Source: Ostrea edulis (taxonomy: Eukaryota). Taken from it: DNA of 64,000 nucleotides. Numbering within the stretch: position 1 is the first letter of the stretch; every line of letters starts with the position of its first letter. Below are positions 40,498-52,201 of the stretch, in pieces. The DNA lies in assembly GCF_947568905.1 (NCBI RefSeq), contig NC_079165.1, positions 73,160,001 to 73,224,000 of the forward strand, read 5' to 3'. A program made the position numbers and the translations under genes. The notes under the pieces were generated by a model. The model worked only from the letters and a program-made list of their open reading frames with translations. It was not told the origin of the DNA and made no database searches.

Positions 40498-41418
40498 ATG
40501 GCGGATATTGAACGAGTAGTGGAAGAAGTTTTGAAAAAATTTGGCGTTAAGTGTTTAAAGGATGAACAGCGGATGATTTTGGACTGCGTGCTTGATAAAA
40601 AAGACTGTGTCGCCGTGTTACCAACAGGTTTTGGAAAATCGCTCCCATTTCAAGCGTATTTGCCAGTGAAGAGAGCTTTACTCCGTGATGATAGCTCGGG
40701 AAAGTAATTGTTTGCTGTCCTCTGGTGTCTCTTATGCAAGACCAAGTCAGAAAATTAACTTCCTTAGGATTAGTAACTGCTGCTTTTAAAGGTATGTATA
40801 TATTTATTCGTTTATATTTATATAATTTAATTGAAATTGGGTCTCATGGCGATGGCCGGTCTTAAATCGAAGTTCACTAAGGACCATCTAAATAATAATG
40901 GATAGTCATCATACTTATATATGCTTCTGACAAGCAGTAGACCGTTAACAATACATAAGAAATTCTTGCGTGAAATGTGTTATCCACTATATGTTGCACT
41001 GCACCGCCCAAATTTGATTCCAAGTTCACTGTTGAACTGGTTCATTTATAGTTATCATTTCATTCTTTAAATATTGTGTTGGAAATGTTAAGAATTTATA
41101 AACACAGTCACTCTTGAATGCTCCAGGCACAGACAAGGAGACCGATGAATTGATACAGGCAGGAAAAGTAGACATCATCTATGCATCCCCCGAGTCATTA
41201 GTTGGAGACAGCCAATGGAGATCAACAATACAAAGACTTAATGTAACTGTCATGTCATCGTAGTTGATGAATTCCACACAGTTGTCACATGGTAATGTCT
41301 TCCTATTCATGTATTTTACATTTATGAGAGTTCTTTAAAACAACCTGAGTTAATAAATGAAATGAGATATTGTATACTGTCAGTGCTATTTTTTCCATCA
41401 ATATATTGATATTATTAT

Positions 41419-41456
<38 letters not shown>

Positions 41457-42763
41457 CATTTATTGACGAACAAATTGCTCACACGTCATTGACACAATAT
41501 TTTGCTCCAAAGGTGTCTTAGGTCTTTATGCAAAATATGTAATCATATTACCCAACCAACTATCAGCATTGTAAATTCCCTAAACTATAATTATCTTAAC
41601 TCTCATATTTTGTTTGATTTTTATAGACATACTTGGATGTCTTGAATTTAGAATATGTAAAAATAATTTTAAACATCATTAAAAACTGTTGCTTAGTGTA
41701 CTGCAACCCATTTTTTTGAAAAAGTGGAAGGAATGTTGGTAGTTAAAATTTTTAAAACATGTTTAAATGGTTTTAATTTAGATTCATATTCATAACCTTT
41801 ATTATCAAATTTAGGGGTGGTCTAGAAGCAGATAAGGAGGATAAAGTGTTCCGAAAGTGGTTTCGGCGTGTTGGAGAGATCCGATCGTACTTTCCTGAGG
41901 CATCATTATTAGCACTAAGCGCGACTTGCACAAAGACAATTAAAAAGAGGGTGATAGAAGTTTTGGGACTGAAGGACTACACGAACATTACAGTTTCCCC
42001 AAATAAAGAAAACATCAAGTACACTGTGAAGAAAGTAGACCCTAACATTGAAAGTTCTTTGTTGTGGATTTTGGACTCATTTCGAGATTTAAAAAAGGAG
42101 TTCCCACGGACAATATTTTATTGCAACTCAATAAGAGATGTTGGGCGTGTGTACAACTTCATAGTGTCTGAACTATCAGATGTTACTAACATTGAAAACA
42201 TGGTTGAAATGTTTCATTCTGAAACAACAGAAGATAAAAAAAATAAGAAAACCCTTGAAAAATTGACTGAGGACAGCGTTTTGCGCATTATTGTTGCTAC
42301 CAGTGCACTGGGAATGGGTGTAAATGTTTATGCATGTCACAATGTTATAATTTATGGACCTCCTAGGTGTTTGATAGACTTTGTCCAGGAAACAGGGCGA
42401 GTGGGAAGGGATGGGGAACAATCATGTGCCTTTTTGATGTATTATGGTCAACAACTACGGAATGTTGACCAGGACGTCAAAGACTTCCTCACTTCAACTG
42501 ATTGCCGAAGATTGCAACTGCCTAAGACATTTCTTTCGGAGAGCGAGTTAAAGCTGGTACAAGGTACCAGAATACATACTTGTTGTGACATTTGTGATAC
42601 AGGATGTTCCTGTAATTCATGTTCTTCGACAATTTTAGAAAAATATATGACAAATCTGTCTTTAGATGATGTACATGTAATGGAAACCTCAAGCAGTGAC
42701 AGTGATACTGTATCATATGAGTATGAATCTGATGAGGATCTTGATGAGATTAAATCAACTTAA
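40498..42763 (+). pseudogene. RecQ-like SF2 helicase of the transposon, 3 exons, two frameshifts
   Basis: Exons 40498-40791, 41128-41291, 41815-42763. Motifs: VLPTGFGKSLPFQ (I), CCPLVSLMQDQV (Ia), YASPE, VVDEFH (II), LALSAT (III), IVATSALGMGV (V), QETGRVGRDG (VI), RecQ-type Zn module CRR...CCDIC. A 1-bp loss near 40700 (GGGAAAGTAA) and a 5-bp duplication (TGTCA)2 near 41248 break the frame. Confidence 0.88.
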
Positions 42764-44657
42764 GGTTCAAATTTACACAAAACTTGTTAGTGTTTATTTT
42801 TTAGGTAAAAATTGTATTGTTTACAGTTTCATAACAATGCAACAGTTATCTAATGATCAGATACAAAACTGTTTTATCAGTCTCTAAAAGACAATGTCCT
42901 GTTTTCTTCTGCATGATACTAATTATAATTATGTGTACCAGAATGAATTGAAGCATATATAAATTACAGAGTAATGTTGGGATTTGTGAAGAAACAGTAA
43001 ACAACACATTTTTTCTGGGACCCGTTTTCTTTGGGTTGATCAAGTCTGGGGCAAAAATGGTAACAATTGGCATTGTAGTTTTTAAGAAGTAGTTACAAAT
43101 GTAAAATTGTTAATGGATGACGCACGACGACAAACAAAGACCAACAGCAATGAGTAATCAAAATTTGATTTTTTTTTTTTTTTTTTAAAATATGGCCAAC
43201 ATCAAGTTGGATCTTCAAATATTGCAAGTTATCAAAGATGTTATTGATTAAATCCATGTTTATTCCATTTGAAAATTTAATTACTGTACATTGTATATGT
43301 GTGCATGTAAATTGGACAAGTCTTGGCGATAATCCTCCATAATATTTAATTTGATTTTATGTCTCATGTACCAGGTAGATAAACAATCACATCATTATAG
43401 TTGTTTATTCCTTAATCGACGGAATGGAAGTAAAGGTTTATGTCTGTATATCATGTTCACCAACTGTTTATAACTGTCTGCAAATGGATTGCTTTTCTGG
43501 ACTAGTTCTCTGCACTTGAGCTTGCGTCCTTTATGTTGGGAAAAACCATCGATGTCAAAAAGGTCTTGTACAATCTTCCGAACATCAGATTTATATGAAG
43601 GTATGTTGTGGAATCCTTTTCTTCTATGTACATCATTAATCATGTCCAAATTTTTCACAGCTTTGATTAAAAGAGGAAATTGTTTCGAGTGCGCAATTAT
43701 ACTCTCCTTTGTTTGGAATCCAGAACAAGTGTTTTTTGTATCTCTGTTGACTAGTTCTACATACTCATCTAGTGTCATGTTCGAGTTCTTCCCACCTGAC
43801 AAATTTATACAGCGATTTGCAATAAGTCTCTCTGTTTGAGGAGGCGGCAAGGTTCCTGATATGAGGCCTGTTAAATGGATGCTGCCGATAAGATATTTTG
43901 TTTTGTGGGTCTTGTTGTACAGCGGGGTCTCGTACTTAGCTGAGCGAATAGATCTATAGCCATCAGCCATATCCACTGCCGTATCAAGATTTCGATGTAA
44001 TGCTGACAGACGGAAAAGGGCTATCAAATAATCAAAAAGTTCATCTTGCAATAGGTTTGCTTGTTTACTTTTTCGTAATGCTGGTTTGGAATAGCCATGG
44101 ACTTCTTTTTCATGAAATTCTGCACTTTTGATATGACAGTAAGTTTTTTCACAGTAGTGGCAGGAAAAGCGACCATCTTTAAAGTTCCCGAACCAATAAT
44201 TTTCTTCATGATCTGGATCAGACAATACTTGTCACAACTCTTCAAACAAGTCACTGTCTCCAAAAAACCACTTGTTCACAATTCGTTCACATATGTTATT
44301 CATCCACTGTATTTTTTCCTCTCCTGTCCATTTGGAGAATTCATCAGGCAGTGGTATGCTCTCTGTTAAGTTAAGAAGTCCAAACTCTTTCAAGAAAAAT
44401 GCACAACACATAGCATCAAATATAGTACGGTATAGCATTTTATATCCTCTGTAAGAGTTCTTTACTTTCCCCTTCACATTGCGTGCATTTAATATGTTCT
44501 TATAATAATACACTGTTCCTCTGTCATTTGCTGACTGGGTGCTGTATGTTTGCAACACAATTGCCTAAAAAAAAAAAATAATTGGTATATTTTTACCTAT
44601 ATTCATATCAAGTTCAACATTATTAACAAGATCATACCACATCGCTCACCTGATATC

Positions 44658-44948
44658 ATGTGAACAAAGGAGGCCCATGGATCATATCGCTCACTTTAGT
44701 AACCTTGCATATTCGCATGTAAAATTGTGATCCCTATTGTGGTCCCATCTTACCCCTGGGGATTATGATGTTAAGAAACTCGAATCTCCATTATGTCGGG
44801 AAGCTTACATGTAATGTTAACTTTTCTGGTCCATTGGTTCTTGTGAAGAATTTTGAATGACCCCACCCTATTTTTGTGATTATCTCCCCTTTGAAGGGGG
44901 CATGACCCTTCATTTGAATGAACTTGAATCCCCTTCACCCAAGGATGT

Positions 44949-44986
<38 letters not shown>

Positions 44987-45091
44987 AGAGAAGATTTTTA
45001 AAACTTGTTAATGTAATTTTGCTATTATCTCCCCTTGGACAAGGATGTTGCAACTCAGTTGAATAAATTTGATGCTTTATGCCAAGTTTTA

Positions 45092-45122
<31 letters not shown>

Positions 45123-45175
45123 CACAAATGTGAAAGTTTACAGACAGACGATGGACAGCAAGTGAGCTAAAAAGT
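44658..45175 (-). mobile_element. HINE-type element nested in transposase intron 6
   Basis: Reverse-complement 3' box (GAGGCCCATGG...CGCTCAC), 166-bp-family core, GACAGACGATGGAC 5' box. Confidence 0.7.
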
Positions 45176-48021
45176 GAACCTCACTTTATGAAAAAGGAAA
45201 TCTTAGTTGATAAATATCTGTTATATCTTTTATTTTTAAGTGCACATAAGAAACTGTTTGACTTAATTTACCTCAAGGAAGTTCATGAGCCGATGAAAAT
45301 CTTCAATTTTGGAAATGAATCCTTCAAACTTATCCAATGGATTTTCATTATTGGTCATAGCTTCTTGGGCACTCTGTATTCTCTCATCAGTCAATCTGTC
45401 TCCTTTAAAGTGAAAAAAAAATTACACGAGTTACTCTTCACTATCTTTTTCAATATTTCATTTCAAATAAAAATCACAATAATTCTAACAAATCTATATA
45501 ACTGCAATCAGGGCTTGAAACTAACTTTTCACATCACCAGTTTAGCCAGACTGATACGATTTATTTTAAACAAGTCTGCAGAAAATTTTACCAGTCCACC
45601 AGGGTTTTCCAGATATAATTAAAGATATTTCGTTAATGTTATTCAAATAAAATAATGGGATTTAACTCTGTGCCTTGGACAATTTTGCAACACTAATCAG
45701 GTTTGTCTGATGTCTATAGAGGAATGCCAAAAGCAGAGTTTAAACAAGTTTTTCAAAATGACGTTTTAGAAAATTAACCAGTCCCATCGGACTTACTAAA
45801 ACAAATGTCAATCAGTCTGCCAGACTTTTATCCAGTCAGTGATAAGCATATGTTAATTTTGAGCCCTGCTGTTGATGTTCCTCTTGAAATGTTCCCCTAT
45901 TAATTTTTACTTGCCTCCAAAAAACACTTCCTCAACTATTTCCCCAGCATCATCAATGGGCACATACTTCTTTGATATGTCCTTTAGTAGCCTGATCACA
46001 TCTTGGGTAACCATTTCATTACAATCAAAAAGTCCCAAAGAATACTGTAAAAACAAATGAATATGCATGTATTTGAACTGGATTTGTTGGAGATAAAAAC
46101 ATGCCTAGAATTGTCTAGAAATTTAGTATACATGTGTCTTACTTGTTCCGTTTTCATTCCTGAGAATTCACTATACTTGTGCTTCAAGTGTTTTGGATAT
46201 ATATATCCAAATGCTCCGTTCAGCTGCTCAATATTTGCAATCACTGCATTGGCCACTAAAAAGGTCAACTCATGCAGAAGAATGTCCTGATCAGCTACTG
46301 AGGGAATAAAATCCACAGGAGTTAATTCTAAAATATCTAGGAGCTGTGGATCAAAAGCACAATTCAAAGAATCCACCCTATCAACGACTCCAATAACCTG
46401 AAACAGGTGCAAAGACAATGTCTTGTCTTGAGAGGTACGATAAGATGGAATAATATTTCTATCCCAATTGTCTCCAATTAGCTGATATTTCTTGTTTCCT
46501 CCTCGACTCCATTCTGTTTTGTACTTAAGTAGTTCTTCGTCCAAGTATTCGTCCCATGAATTCAGCTTTCTTCGCAATGTTTCTGGGTGAACTGAAGCAC
46601 CAAATTTGGCAATCCTCTCGATATCCTAAAGAAACATGTAAAATCAATTTAATTAAAGCAAATATCACATGTCAAGTAATAGAATTTATCAATCATACTA
46701 AAAATCATACAAATGTATATATATGTAAGAATGCTGAATATAAAATTTAAAATATCCAATATGCTTTAAACCTTGACAACTGTATTAGAGTATATTGGAA
46801 TATTTGTCCAATCTCAACAATGCTCAAGACTTAAAAACAATATATAATTATTAAACAGATATATTTGCAATTTAATAAATCAAGCTGTGCCTCAGATATT
46901 CAATAGCAATGTGTTAATGAATAGTTGTTTGTTTATCTGGATATCTGTCTAAATATGGTTTGTAATTATCACTTTTGAATATGGTAGACTAAAGTACCTT
47001 AAGGGTGCATCCTCCATGCATTAACACTAGTCCTGACAAGTACTGTACTAAAGACATTTCTTGAGATCTGGCATGCAGAATCTGGGACAAAGTGTACATT
47101 ACAAGTTGAAATGGTTTGTTATTCACTTGGATTGGAATGTCATTAACCATTGCTGATACTATCTTCAGGATATTAGGGGCACGTATTTGTAGTTCTGTGT
47201 ACAGTTTGTCCCAAGTGAATTCCATAACATTTTGAATTGATTTGTCTTGAAGCACACTTCCAGAATTTCTCTTGCACAAGGTTTTGCATTCATCACCTGC
47301 AAAACATGACAAAAATTGCAAGGCATGCTATTTGAAAAATACAAAATTTAATCAATAAAATCTACTAACATACATTTACACACAGAAGTTTACAAATCTG
47401 CTAATGACTGCTACCATATTTTTCATACATGTCTTTCTTAAATAAGATTTAAAAAGAGTTGATCACTAGACTTTCAAGTCCATACCTAAAATTGCTACAG
47501 AACTCTCAATTAGTTCTTCTGGATGACTTGTCTTTAAAAAGTCCCTCAATCCACTGCCTATGTATTTTCCCCTAAAAACAATTTTGCAGACCTTCTTCTC
47601 CTTTTCATCGGTGATGAACCTACTTTTGCGACCACTTGGATAGTAAATACTAATCTGCAAGTAATTTAAGTACATGTACATTAAATAACACCTTTTCATT
47701 CTAAGCCTAAGACCATGACAATAATAACTAAGGTATGCAAACACACTACAGAGAATCTGTTCGTTGGATATAATTTTCATCAAACCTTTGTTTTTCATCT
47801 CAGAACATTGGATAGGAGATAAAAACTTCTATATCTTTATTTTGATATAAATTTTGTTAAATATAATGATTTTCTAATTTGTGTACCTTTTATCATAGTT
47901 GAGATTTATAGAAAATCCAAAATCTGAATTGAAGCATAATCTGAAAGAACAACATGCACATGCATAATTAGCAAATACAAAAGGTCAACTTATTTTCAAA
48001 TTCATTCACAGCTACATCAAC

Positions 48022-49340
48022 TACAAACAAGAGGCCCACAGGCCTTATAGGTCATGTGAGTACTAGTAAAAAAGTATCACTACTCCCAAGGGCCATGAAA
48101 TCTAGAGAAAACAAATTCCTGTTTTGACTAAATTCTAATGTTCAGCAACAGTATAAAACAAGATGTGAAATTCACCGTACATCCTTTTCTGCTATTCCTA
48201 AGTATGCATTTAGATTTTATACAGTACCAGCAAAATTACACATAAACAATATATACAAAGTTTAGTCCCACCCTAGAGTCAGAACCCCTACCCTGGGTAT
48301 CATGAAATTTACAATTTTGGTAAAGGCCTTCTCGCTCTACATAATTATGCATTTAGTTTTTCTTAAACATTTGCGGATCTAAAGAAGAGTTTTGAAAATT
48401 TGTCAATTTTGGGCAGTTTTTGCCCCACCCCTAAGGCCCCAGGGGTGCAGGAATCCTGAAATTTACAATTTATGTCCCCTTTGTTCCAAAGATGCTTCAC
48501 ACCAAATTTGAAAAGAATTAGTATAGTAGTTATCAAGAAGTTAAATATGTTCAATTGTTATCAAACAACAATGGACAACAACCAATTGCAATATGAGTTT
48601 ACTCAGGTGTCCTAAAATATATAGATCTGTACTTTAGTCAGATTGGGTTGTTCACTACAACATGAAAAAGCTTATCAAATCGGCGCAAACTGATTTAATT
48701 ATGAAAGATGTGATGATACGTAATGAGTACATATGTCAAAAAGCCAAAAATATGCAATTGGGATTTTAAAAAAACATGATTTTCAAAAATTTATATCAGT
48801 AAATATGAACTGAAGACTGGTGGATTTGAACTTGTGATCTGTGGGTCACTCACCGGTAACTTTATCCACTGAGCTACGATGATAGACAAACAAACTGATT
48901 GATACAAATAATTTTTTAAAAAACATAAATCGCCATCTTGTGATGTAGTTTCATAAAAGTATAAGTCTTGATGTAATGAGCAACCCTTACAAGAGGCCTA
49001 TGGGTCTTTGATCTCCTAAAAGTCTTCTTGTAGCCCAACCCTTCTAACAAACTTGCATCTACACTATGCCAGGAAGCTTTCCTGTAAGATTCGACTTTTC
49101 TCACCCAGTAGTTCTTGAGAACATTTTTAGATCAATCCATTCTTTCTTTCTTTTTTTGCATTTCCTTCATTACCTCCCCTTTGAAGAGAACATTCCTGTG
49201 AACAAACTTGAATCCCCTTTACCCAAGAATTGATTTGTGCCAATTTTGAATGAAATTGGCTTCATGGTTCTGGAGAAGAAGTCAAACATGTGAAAAGTTT
49301 TTGGACAGACAGATGTGATCAGAATAGCCCACTTAAGCTT
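48022..49340 (-). mobile_element. Two HINE-type elements (48022-48617, 48988-49340) nested in transposase intron 1
   Basis: Each begins ACAAGAGGCC and ends in CTCAGGTG/CTAAGGTGAGCTAAA boxes, with GACAGAC motifs in the second. Confidence 0.65.
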
Positions 49341-52201
49341 TCAGCTAAGGTGAGCTAAACTGAATCATGATTAATGAAATACTATGTTAGTGACTAAGTA
49401 TAACATGAACATCTAGAATTGAACTGATCAGTAAAAACTTTTGCTACACTTTCAATTTACAAGTTAACCTCAATCGACCCATCTAAAGGTGTGGGTTGAA
49501 TGTCGCTTTGGTCTCTATTAGTCTCAAAATCTAAAGATCGCTTAGATCCTTTTTTATTTGTTGATGCACCCTCTAGAAAGATAAAATCCAGTATTTGTAT
49601 ACAGGAATTTTTGCATTTTCTTTTCATTCTGATAAGGATGTTTTATTGAAATCTATATATGTTAGATTCAAATCATCCAATGAAAATAATGTGTTATTAC
49701 AGGTTATGTTATAAACTACTTACAATCCACTTTCATGAAATTAATCATCTTTTGTCCATTTATTATACAACTGTTGACATTATACATCTACAGTATAGTG
49801 CTATAAATGAGTCAAGTTCTATATTTCATTGAAAACAATCACTTTTCTACATATTTCTCATAAAATCATCTAAGGTCAATTTTTACACCATTAAAAATAC
49901 AAATATCTGCAGTTTCTGGTCTCAATGTCTTGATTTTGTTTTCCTGAACAGTCAAACACATTATATGACTGTAGGAACACCGCACTCAATGATTTCATTC
50001 CATTCTGACAAAGGATAATATTTAAGGAAATGGAGTGCTCTAAGCTGATATTAAAGTTTCAGTTGTCATATTTCTGCAATTGTTGGTAAAACTTTAAAAA
50101 ACATGAACAGAATTTATGTCTAAATGTTATGTATTATATGCTTTAGATTTCATAATAATTAGACCAAAAATGGATTCAGAAATATTTTTCAAATGAAATA
50201 ATCATTGTATGGCATTATGCTGTATTGTGACATAACCTTTTGTTTCCATAACTGTGTTTAAAATCAAGTACAATGCTGTTTAGTAGGACAACATTTCAAA
50301 CTATGACTCTGTAATTCCTTTTCTGGTCACATTCTGATTGAGGTTCTCAAGATGCTTTGTAGGATAATGCAGGTGCTGTGTATAAGAATGTGTGAGTTGT
50401 TGAACTGCATTGAGATTCAGATAGCTTTCAAAGACACATGTAACACACTGCCATGTTGTCACATATTTCCTATATGTCCCATATGTTTCCTGCAATTACT
50501 TAAATTTCTTACTGGCCTAATATAGTACCTTTAAAATGCTTCGTATATAGTTAATGTTGATAAATAAGCATTGATACACAATGTGAAACAAACCCATAGG
50601 TATATCCCTAAAAAAGTCAAGTACAACAGTTAGTATATATAATGAAAGCATGCACTTTCAGTCTTGAAACTTTTCATGTCACAGAAGTTAATTGTTTTCA
50701 AACAGAACGACTGCCAGGTGGACACACTGTAAGGTTTTTTTTTTTTGCATTTCATGACACACCTTGATTATTAAAAGCTCTATTTAAATCAATCATTCAT
50801 TCTATCAATTATGATTCACATATTTTTATACATACCAACTTGTTTCTCCTGTGGTGCAATAGGGATACATGCAGTATGTACAGGCATAGACAGCTGTCAA
50901 TTAAAAATGATTTAAGATAATTTTTGAATATCTAATTATATATTTAATGGTATGTTGACACATACAGACATTTGACAGTCACCCAAGACTGGGGTGTATT
51001 GAATTCCTAAATTTTCCTTTGATCCACTAATTAATACACCTGATAGTAATTAGCATATCTAAGGATTTAATTTTAATTGTAAATAGTCTTGGATTGTGCC
51101 CGAGAGTGTGATGACAGTAACACTTCTTTCAAGTGGTATCTGTGTTTAAGACCAAGCCTAGAGATTTTTGTTTTCAATTTGTAAATGTTTACCATGTTTA
51201 CATATAAATGTTAATATTACACCAATATGCTTAGATAACTTACCCCTGCTTTCGATGAATCCGTTCTTGTATTCGTCAGATCTTTAAAGGGCGTCAGTTG
51301 TACAAGCTTCACAACAGATACGTCGAAAGATTTCTTCTTCGTAGAGGGCACATGTGTATCCGGGCTCCGGAGCATTCTTTTCGTTATTGATGTTCTTCGG
51401 GGAGACGGCAGTTGTAACATTTTTGTTTTCAAAGTTCGCACTGCCATTTCACGAAAACGTTCTTTAACAACTGCATTTTTGGCTTCAATTTTTAAAACAG
51501 ATTCAACCTGTCGATAACATTTTTTGCAAACCCCTCCAAGGCCTTTTTCATCCAAATCTGTCAACACACCCGTCAGTTTCCTGATATTCCCCCACCTTTC
51601 TTCATTTAAACGCAGTTTAATTTCGCTAAACTTTTGGATTTTTTCACTACCGTCACTTGCTTTCTCAATTTGTTTAAAACAAAATCCACAGAGGATACAC
51701 GCATCCGACAAAAGACATGTTTTCCTCGGCGTGGCACTTATCGACGCCATTTTTAATTGTGTTATTTGCTTATCGGAACTCATCGGGTATCATCTCATAC
51801 GTATGAAAATGGAATGACTTCCGAAATACCAGACAAGCAAAAGGAAGTTATGATTTCATTGGCCAATGCAAAATTCACCAGACCATGATCTCTTATGGGG
51901 AGTTATCAGATCCTATATATATAATAATATAGGTCTGTACTTTAGTCAGATAATATAGGTCTGTACTTTAGTCAGATTGAAAGCAGACGGGATTAAATAT
52001 GGCCTATTTAAGAATTCATGTTAGCTTTGATATGCTCAAAGTTAATGAAAATAACCAATGACGTAAATGTCCCTTTTCATTGAAATGTGCGTTTCAGTTT
52101 ATACACTTAGTAAGAGTGGACTCGTCGTTTAATTTAAGCCTTAGTGCGATCGACCTAGATCTCACTTTGACCGAACCAGTGGACAGTGTTCCTTATACAA
52201 A

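Larger units (their letters stand above)
43395..51783 (-). pseudogene. Academ-family DDE-type transposase (DUF6589-like), 7 exons, ~973 aa, one in-frame TGA
   Basis: Minus-strand exons 51783-51244, 47654-47486, 47296-46998, 46625-46143, 46044-45915, 45402-45272, 44564-43395; phases compatible, 2922 nt. Motifs: LIGDNWD, SLHLFQVIGVVDR, FFGGDRLTDERIQSAQ, IEDFH, LDEYVELVNRDTK. Internal C2H2 finger CHYCEKTYCHIKSAEFHEKEVH; N-terminal CILC...VCKKC. Premature TGA at 44232-44234 lies in the same frame as the downstream ORF. Confidence 0.82.
40295..51979. mobile_element. AcademH-type DNA transposon (helicase + transposase), full length, 11,685 bp
   Basis: Imperfect ~150-bp TIRs beginning CAATCTGACTAAAGTACAGACCTATATT; perfect 9-bp TSD AAAGCAGAC (40286-40294 and 51980-51988); convergent RecQ-like helicase and DDE-type transposase genes. 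This combination defines the AcademH lineage. Confidence 0.88.

Noticed and set aside
41846-42763. Host RecQ/BLM/WRN gene
   Set aside because: Lies inside TIRs and a TSD, lacks HRDC and other host RecQ accessory domains, and faces a transposase.
44232-44234. Selenocysteine or programmed readthrough at the transposase TGA
   Set aside because: No SECIS recognised, and the partner helicase is also disrupted; simple nonsense mutation is more likely.
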